A DNA stretch of 64,000 bases. It comes from Candidatus Bathyarchaeia archaeon. GTDB taxonomy: Archaea; Thermoproteota; Bathyarchaeia; Bathyarchaeales; Bathycorpusculaceae. Numbering within the stretch: position 1 is the first letter of the stretch; every line of letters starts with the position of its first letter. Below the pieces are notes generated by a model. It saw only the letters and a list, made by a program, of their open reading frames with translations, was not told the origin of the DNA and searched no databases. Of this stretch, positions 19,424 to 29,611 are shown piece by piece. The position numbers and the translations under genes are program-made. The stretch is taken from positions 256,001 through 320,000 of the forward strand of contig JBEKSS010000001.1 of NCBI GenBank assembly GCA_049516875.1, read 5' to 3'.

Positions 19424-20143
19424 ATGCTTATGTTCAAAAAACTGCGGGCGAGAGAAGTTGCGTTGGCCGCATGCTTCGCCGCCTTGTATGTTGTTCTCTC
19501 TTTCGTGCCCATGTTTCATCTGCTCGGAGCCTTCCAAAGCATAACTGTAGCGGCGATAATGGTGCCTCTAATCGGACTCATGTTAGGAGCCTACATAGGA
19601 GCCTTGTCGGCGCTCTTGGGCGGAATCATCAGCTTGTCCCTCAACCCCAGCCTGTTCTCACCGATGAGTCTAGCAGCAGGAGTAGTCGGGGCTGTATGCG
19701 CAGGCCTACTGTACACGAACAGACGGGCCTTATGTGCCCTCACGTACATGATCCTCCTTCTCATCTTTGGTCTGTACCCTTCGGTCGGGCCTATTTGGAT
19801 CTTTCCACAAGTCATGTGGTTCCACGTAGTGGGGCTCTTCATCCTCATTTCGCCGTTACAATCAACCGCGTCAAGCAACTTCAAATCCGCCAAAGCCACA
19901 AGACTGCTTTTCGCATTCTTTGTGACTTGTCTAGTTTCAACCCTAGCCGGCCAAATCGCAGGCAACATCATCTTTGAAACCATACCCATAACAGACCCAC
20001 GTGGAACTTGGCTTGCCCTCACCTTTGTTTATCCTTTTGAACGCACGATTATCGCAATAATCGCAGCCTTCATCGGTGTACCCTTGTTCGAAGCTTTGAA
20101 GGCGACAAATTTAATCAATGCAACTCAGCGACTGAGAAAGTGA
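19424..20143 (+). CDS. ECF transporter S component-like membrane protein
   Basis: REVALAACFAALY N-terminus, about six TMs, YPFER. Confidence 0.7.
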   Translation: MLMFKKLRAREVALAACFAALYVVLSFVPMFHLLGAFQSITVAAIMVPLIGLMLGAYIGALSALLGGIISLSLNPSLFSPMSLAAGVVGAVCAGLLYTNRRALCALTYMILLLIFGLYPSVGPIWIFPQVMWFHVVGLFILISPLQSTASSNFKSAKATRLLFAFFVTCLVSTLAGQIAGNIIFETIPITDPRGTWLALTFVYPFERTIIAIIAAFIGVPLFEALKATNLINATQRLRK

Positions 20144-20271
20144 ATGTTGCACATAGTCTACTGGTAACCGTGCACGCGGATTAGACGAACATGCTGATGA
20201 GAGAAGATGCAAAGAGCGAAGTTAGCAATGACCGAAAGTGATATTAGCCATCTTATCCGAATCTTGGAAGC

Positions 20272-20460
20272 ATGATCTTTGGATCGAGAGTTGCGGGTAC
20301 AGTCATCGTCGGTGTCGGCTGGCTGGCCTTCATCCTGATCTGGCTTGCATTCTACGCTGGAAACTTTGATTTTTGGCAAAACCTAGCTATGCTCTTGGTC
20401 TCTGTGATTGTCGCCATTGGCATAGTTGCAGTAATCTGGATAAAGTGGGCGCTCGGCTAA
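20272..20460 (+). CDS. Small two-TM membrane protein
   Basis: GVGWLAFILIWLAFYAGNFDFWQNLA. Confidence 0.6.
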   Translation: MIFGSRVAGTVIVGVGWLAFILIWLAFYAGNFDFWQNLAMLLVSVIVAIGIVAVIWIKWALG

Positions 20461-21109
20461 TCTTTACAAACGTCAAGACCGCATCGAGAACGAACAACAA
20501 GGTAAAGAGCGCGCTACTAGTCATGTCTTCGATAGACATCTTGAATGACTGAGGCATACGCATGGGCAAAGAAGAATGTGACCCATGATTCTCTTGCCCT
20601 GAAGTCTTCAGAGCGAGGAAGGGCTGATGAATTGTGAACATCTCTTTTTTAGCGCATCCATTATCGAAAAGTATCATTCAAGAAACTGAGCTTCACCAAT
20701 AAGTAGGTAACTTTTTCCTAACGCCATAGCCACACTAGCATTCCATGGATTCTCTTCTACAGGGCGTCTAACAAATCTCTTTGGCGTTAAAGGCAGGAAT
20801 TTGCCCACAATTGTTTCCTCAAGAACTTTTTCCGAAGGACAACAACACAAAATCGCTAATGCCTTGTTGGCGTTGCATGAGTAACACTCATGGTCTCCTG
20901 GACCACCCACAGGAGCGCGCGCTAATCTAGAAGCAGCAAACGGATTGCATCTGATGCGTTGAGGGAACTAACGAGCGGTGCTGTCAAGAAAAGGTTGAAA
21001 TGATCGTCGTCCTGACACTTTGAAGGGTACATATAGAACTCAGCCGCCGGCATGACTTGTACAACACATATAATTGCTGACAGTAGCCCCGGACGGGTTG
21101 CATGAGTGA

Positions 21110-21526
21110 TCATAACGCTTCTTGAGAGAAGGCTCTGATTGTTTCGTAAACTGATGTTGCCGCGGCAATGCTGATGACTGCCAGTGAGAATATATATTCT
21201 CTTGTTAATGTTGGCGGTCTGAGAAAAACCGCTAGCATCACCAATGAAGTTACCAAGAATATCATGTAGAAAAAATTCCGCGGGATGAGAATTCTCCGTA
21301 AACGGATGAGATTCTCCAAGATTATTCGATCTGCAACATACCCATTCAATTCCTTCTTAATCAGTCCCGCTTCTTCAAGCTTATTAATGTGGTAAAGCGC
21401 AAGGGTGGGACTGCTCAGGTTCAACGCCCTTTGAACCTCGCGGATGCCGACTGGTTTATCATTCTTTAGAATGAACCTGTAAACCTTCAGCGTGAGACCT
21501 CTCAGAACGTCCTTCTGCTCGCTCAC
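21110..21526 (-). CDS. Winged-helix transcription regulator with two C-terminal TM helices
   Basis: VGIREVQRALNLSSPTLALYHINKL plus two hydrophobic segments. Confidence 0.8.
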   Translation of the reverse strand: MSEQKDVLRGLTLKVYRFILKNDKPVGIREVQRALNLSSPTLALYHINKLEEAGLIKKELNGYVADRIILENLIRLRRILIPRNFFYMIFLVTSLVMLAVFLRPPTLTREYIFSLAVISIAAATSVYETIRAFSQEAL

Positions 21527-21589
21527 GGTTTCTCAGTCTCCATATGTAAAGAACTCTTTCACATTATTTGGCTATTGTTGTTCAAAATG

Positions 21590-21607
21590 TTTGTACAAGT
21601 GTACAAA
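21590..21607. promoter_or_regulatory. Palindromic operator candidate TTTGTACA-AG-TGTACAAA
   Basis: Perfect 8-bp inverted repeat in the divergent intergenic region. Confidence 0.5.
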
Positions 21608-21656
21608 AACGTAGAATTAAATTTTTCCTTGACCATTCCTTGTTTAGGTGGCGTGA

Positions 21657-22754
21657 GTGAACTCGAAGAAAGAAGTGTTTGCGGCATCACTTCTTGCCAT
21701 AGCTCTTGCGGCAGGACTTGGAACGATAAGTTACGGCTTATTTGCTGAAGCTCCTCCCTCGCAGAAACTTGAAAGTAGACTTGATATTTACACGTCGAAA
21801 GGCGGGATAGGCGTGAACGTGTCCAGCGGAACCTTTGAACCGTTTGATATTGTTCCTGTCTTTGCTTATCTCACTCAGGGAGGCGTCCCGGTGAAGAGCA
21901 GCGAGGTAACTTTTACGATAATGCCACCAAATGGTACAGAAATGGTAAAGACAGCCCTAACAAATGATACAGGTGTCGCTGAAACAGATCTCTCCTTTCT
22001 CCCTCCTGAAGGAGACGTGATTGGAACGTGGCAAATCCTCGCAAACGCCTCTGCGAACAATGAGGCTGTAGATGCCACGCTTACTCTGCAATGCAAGTCG
22101 GAAAACGCTCGAATTGACGTTTTTTCCAGAAGGAATGGGGCTGCCAGCAACTCCTTTCTCCCTCTAGACGAAGTTTTTCTCGAGGCACAAGTATCCTACA
22201 AGAACGCCTCAATCGCTGGCGCCCCAGTTACCTTCGAAGTTAAAACGCCAAACAACACAGAATTTCTTTCGCAAACAGTTCCAACAGACAGCCTCGGAAC
22301 AGCAAACGTCACGTTTCAAATCCCGTCGCCTTCAGACCCCTCCTTAGGCACCTGGCAAACACAAGCAACAAGCGAAATCTACGGTCAAGCACTGAACGCC
22401 ACCACAAACTTTGACTGCAAGCTCCTGCTGCCTGTGATAGACGTTTACACCCAAAAGGGCGGAGAGGGACCAAACATACCAGCCGGAACCTTCACACTCA
22501 ACGAAACAGTGCTTCTCTATGTTGAAGTCCGGGACCAACTCAATCACACTATACCCTACGAACTTGTGGCTTTTGAAGTCAAACAGCGTGATGCAAGTAT
22601 TGATATCGCGAGGAGCGGGACAACAAACGTCTCAGGAATTGCATACATAACCTATGACCCAGCATATGCGGGAACTTATGAAGTCTACGTAAGTGTCGAG
22701 TACAATGGAACTATACTCCTTGACACCCTAACCTTCACAGCCCAACAACCGTAG
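21657..22754 (+). CDS. Secreted/membrane-anchored protein with three Ig-like repeats
   Basis: Signal/TM segment; repeats LDIYTSKGG / IDVFS / IDVYTQKGG; many N-x-T/S sequons. Confidence 0.7.
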   Translation: MNSKKEVFAASLLAIALAAGLGTISYGLFAEAPPSQKLESRLDIYTSKGGIGVNVSSGTFEPFDIVPVFAYLTQGGVPVKSSEVTFTIMPPNGTEMVKTALTNDTGVAETDLSFLPPEGDVIGTWQILANASANNEAVDATLTLQCKSENARIDVFSRRNGAASNSFLPLDEVFLEAQVSYKNASIAGAPVTFEVKTPNNTEFLSQTVPTDSLGTANVTFQIPSPSDPSLGTWQTQATSEIYGQALNATTNFDCKLLLPVIDVYTQKGGEGPNIPAGTFTLNETVLLYVEVRDQLNHTIPYELVAFEVKQRDASIDIARSGTTNVSGIAYITYDPAYAGTYEVYVSVEYNGTILLDTLTFTAQQP

Positions 22755-22823
22755 TCACCGCCCCCCGTACACTTCTCACCCAATGAAAACAGCTGCAAGC
22801 AATTGCATCTGTAAGTGCGCGCT

Positions 22824-23594
22824 TTAGTTTCTGAATGTGTTCATGAAGATACATTCTTTGAATGGCATCATCATTTCTGCGGAGCCGTGGACGTCGTCGT
22901 CGAAATCTACAGGAGCATCTTTGATAAGCACGACAGGAGTTTTCTCGGCGGCTTCACCCATAAGCAAATGAGCAGCAGAAGCCAAATCGTCTGCAACCGC
23001 GTGTCTCGTAATCATTATAGGCCTTCCGTACAGGTCCCTCTTCCCCCTCCACTCTCTTATCGGGTTGAAACCTGCAACCGCCAAAGCCAACCCAACAGTG
23101 CCTATCCGCAACGGAATCAGGCCGCTGTCAACGACCATAACTGCAACGCGCCTCCCTGTCTTGCGGTTGATTTCTTCCCTAAAAGGCTTCAACCATTCCA
23201 CAAGATTTCTAGGCCACAACACTGCGGAGCCAATGGGCGCGTTTTTGTTGTCAATACCGGCATTTGCTGCCATAATATTGTCCTTAAGCGTTAGGACAGC
23301 CTTCTCAACACCTCCATAAACCTTCTCTGCTTCAACCAGAACGAGTTCAGCAAACTCTGGCTCCAGTGAATACTTCTTTGCTAGCCTCCTGGCCTCCTCT
23401 GAAGGTCTAACATCCCCTAGCTTCACAACACGACCTTGCGAGTATGATACGATTTTTGAAGCTAAGGCCAGTACATCATTGCCTTCAAGCTTTAGCTTTC
23501 GTTTCTTCAGTGAGCCAAGGACCACGCCAACCAAGTTGTCGCCAGGTTTCACGACACGTGTTTCAACGGCGTATAGTCGCATGATGTCTCTCAC
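22824..23594 (-). CDS. cofE: Coenzyme F420-0:L-glutamate ligase
   Basis: SKIVS, ANAGID, DS..PLRIG, DLYGR, MGEAAE. Confidence 0.88.
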   Translation of the reverse strand: MRDIMRLYAVETRVVKPGDNLVGVVLGSLKKRKLKLEGNDVLALASKIVSYSQGRVVKLGDVRPSEEARRLAKKYSLEPEFAELVLVEAEKVYGGVEKAVLTLKDNIMAANAGIDNKNAPIGSAVLWPRNLVEWLKPFREEINRKTGRRVAVMVVDSGLIPLRIGTVGLALAVAGFNPIREWRGKRDLYGRPIMITRHAVADDLASAAHLLMGEAAEKTPVVLIKDAPVDFDDDVHGSAEMMMPFKECIFMNTFRN

Positions 23595-23875
23595 CCTCCG
23601 TGTACAACCGGAACGAAAACCACTTCGTCTCCGTCTTTAATCACGGTTTCCAAACCGTTTAGGACGCTTATCTCCTTTCCATTCACGAGTACAAGCATGT
23701 TCATTTTCGGGCTTTTGAACTCCGGGTCAATCAGCGCTTGTTCTAGTCTAGGCGCTTCCTCAACAACCTTCTTGACAACTTCTCTGAAAGCAACGGCCTT
23801 TCCAAGCTTGAGCGAAAGCCTGCTTTTGCCAGAAAGACTGCGAAAAGAACCAATAAATTTCACGTCTACGGTCAT
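23591..23875 (-). CDS. MoaD/ThiS/SAMP ubiquitin-like protein
   Basis: LVNG...DGDEV..PVVHGG with C-terminal GG. Confidence 0.9.
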   Translation of the reverse strand: MTVDVKFIGSFRSLSGKSRLSLKLGKAVAFREVVKKVVEEAPRLEQALIDPEFKSPKMNMLVLVNGKEISVLNGLETVIKDGDEVVFVPVVHGG

Positions 23876-23894
23876 GTTATTCCTTCCTCTGGTT

Positions 23895-25271
23895 TTACAA
23901 GACCACTATCACGCACACATCATTGACATTTGTGCCCGTAGGTCCAGTGAAGAGGAGATCGTTCAGCTTCGAGAAGAAACGATACGAATTGTTTTCGGCC
24001 AGAAACTTCTCAGGGGCCAATCCCATTCCCAATGCTCTCTCCACTGTTTTTCCGTCCGCAACTGCTCCCGCAACGTCAGTTGGACCGTCTACACCGTCCG
24101 TGCTCAAGGAAGCAACTACTACCCCGTCAGACCCTTGGAGTTTGAGAGCAGCGGCCAAAACTAGTTCCTGATTTCTTCCGCCTAACCCTTTCCCCGTGAC
24201 GGTCACGGTTGTTTCTCCACCGGCAACTATACCCGCGGGTTTCGGAACTGGATTCCCAGACGCTGTGACTTCCTTGCCTATAGCCGTCAACATGACGCCA
24301 ACGTGACGCGCTTCGCCTTCCAACGTCGCGGTCAACAAAAGCGTGTTCAAATCTGCCGATTTCAACTGCCCACAGGCTGCCAAGCTTGACGATCTGTTAT
24401 TTCCCACGACAACATTGCAGACATTCTTGAACGCTTCATCATCAGCCTTAGGAGTCTCCTGAACAAGTCCCTTTTCACCCTCTGACAAGACATTTCTAAT
24501 CGACTCTGGAGCTTTAGCCCACAGACTGTACTTTTTCAAGACTTCTATGGCGTCGTTGAACGTTGTCGAGTCCGGAACAGTCGGGCCTGAAGCTATGAAG
24601 TCAAGTGGGTCGCCCACAACATCGGAAAGGATGAGGTTCAGAATCGTCGCGGGATAAGCCTTCTTGGCCAGCCAGCCGCCCTTGAAATCTGAAATGTGTT
24701 TTCGCACCGTGTTAACTTCGTTAATCGTTGCTCCTGACTTCAGCAAGGCCTGTGTCATTTCCCTCTTGTCTACTAGTGAAATGTCCCCGCGTGGCAGAGG
24801 CATCAGACTCGAACCGCCTCCTGAAATCAGACAGATAACCAAGTCGTCCCTTTCTGCACGTTCCACTATGTTCAGCATGCCCCGCGTTCCTTCAACTCCT
24901 GCCTCGTCTGGAACGGGATGACTCGCCCCATGAAGCTTGATTTTACTCGTTTTGTTCTTAGTGCCATGAGGAACGTTGACAAGCCCGCCTGTTATCCGCT
25001 TGCCCAGAATCCCCTCAAGCGCTTCGGCCATTGATCCGCTCGCTTTGCCGCCGCCTACAACGTAAACATTCTTCAGTTTCTCCAAATTGAAAGAGTGCCC
25101 ATCAACCCTCAGCTTCGAGTTCTCGAGGAGAAGCTTGGATTCGAGCATCCGTTTTGGATCAACCGCGTTCAGGGCAGCTTCAAGACTTTCAAGAGCCAAT
25201 TTCCTCGCTTTCTGGTTGCGCCGAGTTTCACCGTTCTCGATAAGCTTTCCCTTGTTCTTTATTGCAATCAT
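23895..25271 (-). CDS. gck: Glycerate 2-kinase (MOFRL family)
   Basis: GGGKAS, HPVP, SGGGSSL, GGETTV, GGRNQE, TGTNVND. Confidence 0.92.
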   Translation of the reverse strand: MIAIKNKGKLIENGETRRNQKARKLALESLEAALNAVDPKRMLESKLLLENSKLRVDGHSFNLEKLKNVYVVGGGKASGSMAEALEGILGKRITGGLVNVPHGTKNKTSKIKLHGASHPVPDEAGVEGTRGMLNIVERAERDDLVICLISGGGSSLMPLPRGDISLVDKREMTQALLKSGATINEVNTVRKHISDFKGGWLAKKAYPATILNLILSDVVGDPLDFIASGPTVPDSTTFNDAIEVLKKYSLWAKAPESIRNVLSEGEKGLVQETPKADDEAFKNVCNVVVGNNRSSSLAACGQLKSADLNTLLLTATLEGEARHVGVMLTAIGKEVTASGNPVPKPAGIVAGGETTVTVTGKGLGGRNQELVLAAALKLQGSDGVVVASLSTDGVDGPTDVAGAVADGKTVERALGMGLAPEKFLAENNSYRFFSKLNDLLFTGPTGTNVNDVCVIVVL

Positions 25272-25367
25272 CCGAATGGCCCATTGTAATTTCTTCAAAG
25301 GTTAATGCGTAAGTGTAATAAGTCAATACTAATAAAGAATTCCGCAAATCAATGTCTGGTGAACCAT

Positions 25368-26372
25368 ATGCCTAAACTGAAGATTTACGTCACACGACAA
25401 CTGCCAGAAAGAGGCTTGAGAATAATAAGGAAGTACTTTGACGCTGAAGTCTGGCCCGAATACGCCCCACCGCCCAAGAAGACCATAATAGAAAATGCCA
25501 AGAACGTGGACGCCCTCGCAACACTTCTGTCTGACAAGATAGACGCTGAAGTTTTTGAAGCCGCACCGAAACTAAAGATTATTTCACAGCTGGCGGTAGG
25601 CTTTGACAACATAGACATACCAGAAGCCACAAAAAGAGGCATCTACGTCACGAACACTCCTGAAGTGCTAACGGACACCACCGCAGACTTCGCGTGGGCC
25701 CTGCTTATGGCTGTTGCAAGACGAGTCGTGGAGGCAGACAAGTACGTTCGCACCGGACAATGGAAGGTCGGCTGGCACCCCGACATGATGACCGGCCGAG
25801 ACGTTCACGACGCGACCATAGGCATCGTCGGCGCTGGCAGAATAGGCTACGCCATGGCAAAGAGAGCAAAAGGGTTCGGTATGAAAATCCTCTTCTACGA
25901 CGTCATCCCCCGACCAGAAATGGAAAAAGACTTCGGCGCGAAGCGCACCGACATTGACACGCTCCTGAAAGAAGCGGACTTTGTCACCGTTCACGTCCCG
26001 TTGATGAAAGAGACACACCATCTGATGAACGAAGAGAAGCTTAGACTGATGAAGAAAACAGCTTACTTGATAAACAATGCACGCGGCCCAGTTGTTGACG
26101 AAAAGGCCCTGTACAAGGCGTTAAAAGAAGGCTGGATCGCAGGTGCAGGACTGGACGTTTTCGAACAAGAACCAGCACAAATGGACAATCCACTTCTCAA
26201 GTTTGATAACGTCGTGGTCGCCCCACACATCTCAAGCGCGAGCCTCGAAACCCGCTCGAAAATGGCTGAAATGGTTGCGGACAACCTCGTCTCTTTCTTT
26301 GAAGGAAAGAAACCGCCGAACCTCGCCAACCCAGACGTGATGAAGATTCGACCTTTGGCTAAACAAATCTGA
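25368..26372 (+). CDS. gyaR: Glyoxylate/hydroxypyruvate reductase
   Basis: AVGFDNID, NTPEVLT, GAGRIG, NARG, DVFEQEP, PHISSA. Confidence 0.88.
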   Translation: MPKLKIYVTRQLPERGLRIIRKYFDAEVWPEYAPPPKKTIIENAKNVDALATLLSDKIDAEVFEAAPKLKIISQLAVGFDNIDIPEATKRGIYVTNTPEVLTDTTADFAWALLMAVARRVVEADKYVRTGQWKVGWHPDMMTGRDVHDATIGIVGAGRIGYAMAKRAKGFGMKILFYDVIPRPEMEKDFGAKRTDIDTLLKEADFVTVHVPLMKETHHLMNEEKLRLMKKTAYLINNARGPVVDEKALYKALKEGWIAGAGLDVFEQEPAQMDNPLLKFDNVVVAPHISSASLETRSKMAEMVADNLVSFFEGKKPPNLANPDVMKIRPLAKQI

Positions 26373-26676
26373 AAGCATCAGTCCCAGCCCGACAATGCCC
26401 TCGCGCATCCTTCCCCACATCTTTTTCTGACGTCATTTAACGCCTAGCGCGCCGAATTCGTTTCACGTCTCAATGAATTTCGGGATCCCTTCCAGAGCCT
26501 GTCTGGGCCCCATCGTTCCAAACGCAATGTATGTGAAGCCTGAGACATCCTCCACCCAAATACATGGGATGCTTGTTACTGGACAATTTGAACATGCATT
26601 GACAGCAAGAAGAAGTAAAATAGTTAAATACTCATTCTTTTCTACCTTTAATTTCCTTCAAGACTAGGTGATTTGG

Positions 26677-27849
26677 ATGAGCTCTATCTTTGCAGATAGA
26701 ATGAAGACCTTGGGAACAGAAACGGCTTTCGAAGTTCTTGCAAAGGCCAGAGCGCTTGAAAAGCAGGGAAAAGAGGTTGTGCACCTAGAAATAGGTGAAC
26801 CAGACTTTGACACGCCCAAGAACATCAAAGAGGCCGCTGTGAAAGCCCTCAATTCGGGCTACACTCATTACACCCCTTCTGCAGGAATGCCCGAACTGAG
26901 ACAAGCCGTCGCAGAGTATATTTCCAAGACCAGAAAATTGGACGTGAAGCCGGAAGAAGTCGTCGTCACGCCAGGCGCTAAGCCGATAATGTTCTTCAGC
27001 ATCCTGGCACTGGTGAACCCCGGTGACGAAGTACTGTATCCAAACCCGGGTTTCCCAATCTATGAGTCCTTGATAAACTTCGTCGGCGCCAAACCTGTTC
27101 CAATACCACTCAAAGAAGAAAACGAGTTCAGCCTTGACCCCGAATACGTCAAGAAGATGATAACGAAAAAGACGAAGATGATAATCCTTAACTCTCCAGA
27201 AAACCCGACAGGCGGGGTAGTGACACGAGAACAGCTGAAGGTCATAGCTGACTCCATAGCCAACAGAAATGACGTGTTCGTGCTTTCAGACGAAATCTAC
27301 AGCAGAATAGTCTACGAAGGCAAACACGAAAGTATAACGCAATTCTCAGGAATGAAAGACAAGACAATCCTACTAGATGGGTTCTCTAAGACCTACGCTA
27401 TGACCGGATGGAGACTCGGCTACGGAGTGATGAGAAAGGACCTGGCTGAAAAAGTTGCCCAACTGATGACCAACTCAAACTCTTGCACTTGTGCTTTCAC
27501 GCAGTTAGCCGGAGTTGAAGCTCTAACGGGACCGCAGAAAGAACCAGAAAGAATGGATGAAGAATTCAAGAAAAGAAGGGAAGTCATCGTTCCCGGCTTG
27601 AACAACATTGAGGGCATAACATGCAAGAAACCGCACGGAGCGTTCTACGTGTTCCCAAACATCACGGGAACAGGCATGGACTGTCGCAAACTAGGAGACC
27701 ACTTGCTCAACAACGCTGGCGTGGCAGTTCTACCAGGCACATCCTTCGGAAAATACGGTGAAGGCTATTTGCGTTTGTCCTTCGCCAACTCTGTTGAAAA
27801 CATCAAGAAAGCCTTAGACCGCATAGCAAAGGCTGTCAAGAAACACTAA
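26677..27849 (+). CDS. Class I/II PLP-dependent aminotransferase
   Basis: GEPDF, NPTG, SDEIY, FSKTYAMTGWRLG. Confidence 0.92.
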   Translation: MSSIFADRMKTLGTETAFEVLAKARALEKQGKEVVHLEIGEPDFDTPKNIKEAAVKALNSGYTHYTPSAGMPELRQAVAEYISKTRKLDVKPEEVVVTPGAKPIMFFSILALVNPGDEVLYPNPGFPIYESLINFVGAKPVPIPLKEENEFSLDPEYVKKMITKKTKMIILNSPENPTGGVVTREQLKVIADSIANRNDVFVLSDEIYSRIVYEGKHESITQFSGMKDKTILLDGFSKTYAMTGWRLGYGVMRKDLAEKVAQLMTNSNSCTCAFTQLAGVEALTGPQKEPERMDEEFKKRREVIVPGLNNIEGITCKKPHGAFYVFPNITGTGMDCRKLGDHLLNNAGVAVLPGTSFGKYGEGYLRLSFANSVENIKKALDRIAKAVKKH

Positions 27850-27853
27850 ATCT

Positions 27854-28231
27854 CTAATCTTCCACTTTTTCTTCGGTCAAAGTCTCAACTACGTCTGACG
27901 CCAAGCGAACCAAATCGTCCGCCTGTTTCATAGCTTTCTCACCGTCAACTTCCTCAATCTGCGTCAACTGCTGAAACATCGCCTCAATCTCAACCAGAAA
28001 TCTCAAAACAGGATCACTTATCGGAGTCTGCATCTTCTCCGCCGTTTCCCTCACAACAAGCTCCACAAACGCAGGCTCTCCGAGACTGTAGTAAATAGCG
28101 TTTCGAGCCTTCCTGATAGCCTCCAAAACCAAGCTCGGAGCCATGTAAGGCATTTTTCTCGCGGCCTGAAGCTCCGCCTTCGCTTCGCGCAGATATCGCA
28201 ACGCCCAGCCTCTTCTGTAATCGTCCATCAT
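27854..28231 (-). CDS. Conserved hypothetical all-helical (HEPN-like) protein
   Basis: MDDYRRGWALRYLREAKAEL...AIYYSLGEP. Confidence 0.6.
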   Translation of the reverse strand: MMDDYRRGWALRYLREAKAELQAARKMPYMAPSLVLEAIRKARNAIYYSLGEPAFVELVVRETAEKMQTPISDPVLRFLVEIEAMFQQLTQIEEVDGEKAMKQADDLVRLASDVVETLTEEKVED

Positions 28232-28280
28232 TCGTTTTTCACTCTTAACTCGACAACAAGACCGCCGCGTCCCAGCAAGG

Positions 28281-28547
28281 TTACGGGCCCTCCGCGCCTT
28301 CCGCCACTGCTTCTGTCCCTTCCGTCTCTGCTTCCTCAGGAGTTTCCTCTTGCAGTTGCCTTTGTTCTGTTGCCACAAACTTTGTTATGTACCCGGCAAT
28401 TTGATTCAGAACTTTCGGCGTTCCTCCCTGCACCAGACTCTTAACGGCATGTTTGTTGTTTTCAAAGCTATTAGAGAATTTGTCGGGAAACCGCTTGATA
28501 AGTTCCTTAGCCGTTCGCTTGATTTGCTCCGTCCGCACGTTCCCCAA
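28281..28547 (-). CDS. rps17e: 30S ribosomal protein eS17
   Basis: MGNVRT..IKR..F..NK..NQIAGYIT; acidic tail. Confidence 0.95.
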   Translation of the reverse strand: MGNVRTEQIKRTAKELIKRFPDKFSNSFENNKHAVKSLVQGGTPKVLNQIAGYITKFVATEQRQLQEETPEEAETEGTEAVAEGAEGP

Positions 28548-28715
28548 ACTTCGTAGTCCTCCGAATATTCTTGGCTTTTTTACTCACTCCACCGCAAGTG
28601 AATTCTAGTTCGAACTCTCTTAAAACCAACAGTACTAATTTAAACTTACCCTACAGAACATTCAAAATACCCTATTTGCCATCCTCAGAACGCCCGAGTG
28701 TCAGCAGATTCGCAT

Positions 28716-29504
28716 TTACTCTTCAACGTTCAACTTTACATCGAAGAACTCTTGGAAATTTCTCAATACCTGTTCAGCAACCTCTTCGACGCCCATGTTC
28801 TTAACCTCCGCGAAAGCCCTAATCACGACGGGGATGAAGGCTGGTGTTGTTCTCTTTCCTTCAAAAGGTGCTTTGAAAAAACGAACGGGCCCATCGGTCT
28901 CCGTTAGCAAACTGGTTAGCGGCACCCTTCTGATCACGTCACGTATGCCGTTTGAATAGGCTGCAAGCGGTCCCTCGGTAACATAATACCCTCTTTCCAC
29001 AGCCGTGACAAGTGCGCTTATGGGATTGCTAAACCAGTGCAACATTACCTTCTTGAGCTTGTAGGAGGGAAGCATGTCGACAATCTGCGCAGTAGTGCCC
29101 CGCGAATGGATGATAGCGGGCAGACTGAGCTTCTCAGCCAAACGCAGCATCGAATCAAAAACCTTCACCTGTTCATCCCATATCTCCGTGTACTTAGAAT
29201 CCAACCCTATCTCGCCCACGGCGACGAACGCCTTGTTCCCCCTCTGCGCTGAGATCAACTCCAGCACTTGATGAAGCTCATCCTCCTTCAGACCCTTCAC
29301 AGTCCACGGATGAACACCCAGAGCAGCATAAACCATTCCAGGATGTTGTTCAGCCAGTTCCAGGCTTCTGATACAGGTTTTCAGATCCATTGAATTTGAA
29401 ACCAGAGCAACCACACTCGAGTTTTTGGCTTCAGTCAGGACTTCATCGAGACATCCTGCATACTCTTCGTCTGAAAGATGTATGTGTGCATCAACGAACT
29501 TCAT
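28716..29504 (-). CDS. tatD: TatD family hydrolase
   Basis: DAHIH, GVHP, GEIGLD, IHSR, ETDGP. Confidence 0.92.
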   Translation of the reverse strand: MKFVDAHIHLSDEEYAGCLDEVLTEAKNSSVVALVSNSMDLKTCIRSLELAEQHPGMVYAALGVHPWTVKGLKEDELHQVLELISAQRGNKAFVAVGEIGLDSKYTEIWDEQVKVFDSMLRLAEKLSLPAIIHSRGTTAQIVDMLPSYKLKKVMLHWFSNPISALVTAVERGYYVTEGPLAAYSNGIRDVIRRVPLTSLLTETDGPVRFFKAPFEGKRTTPAFIPVVIRAFAEVKNMGVEEVAEQVLRNFQEFFDVKLNVEE

Positions 29505-29611
29505 TTGAGAATCACTTTAATAAACCACTCATACTGCGTCTGCTTTTATAAATTCGTCTGAAAGCTGGAAGTGCAGACTTTTATTTTCAGGGAGAAGATG
29601 ATGATAATGAA

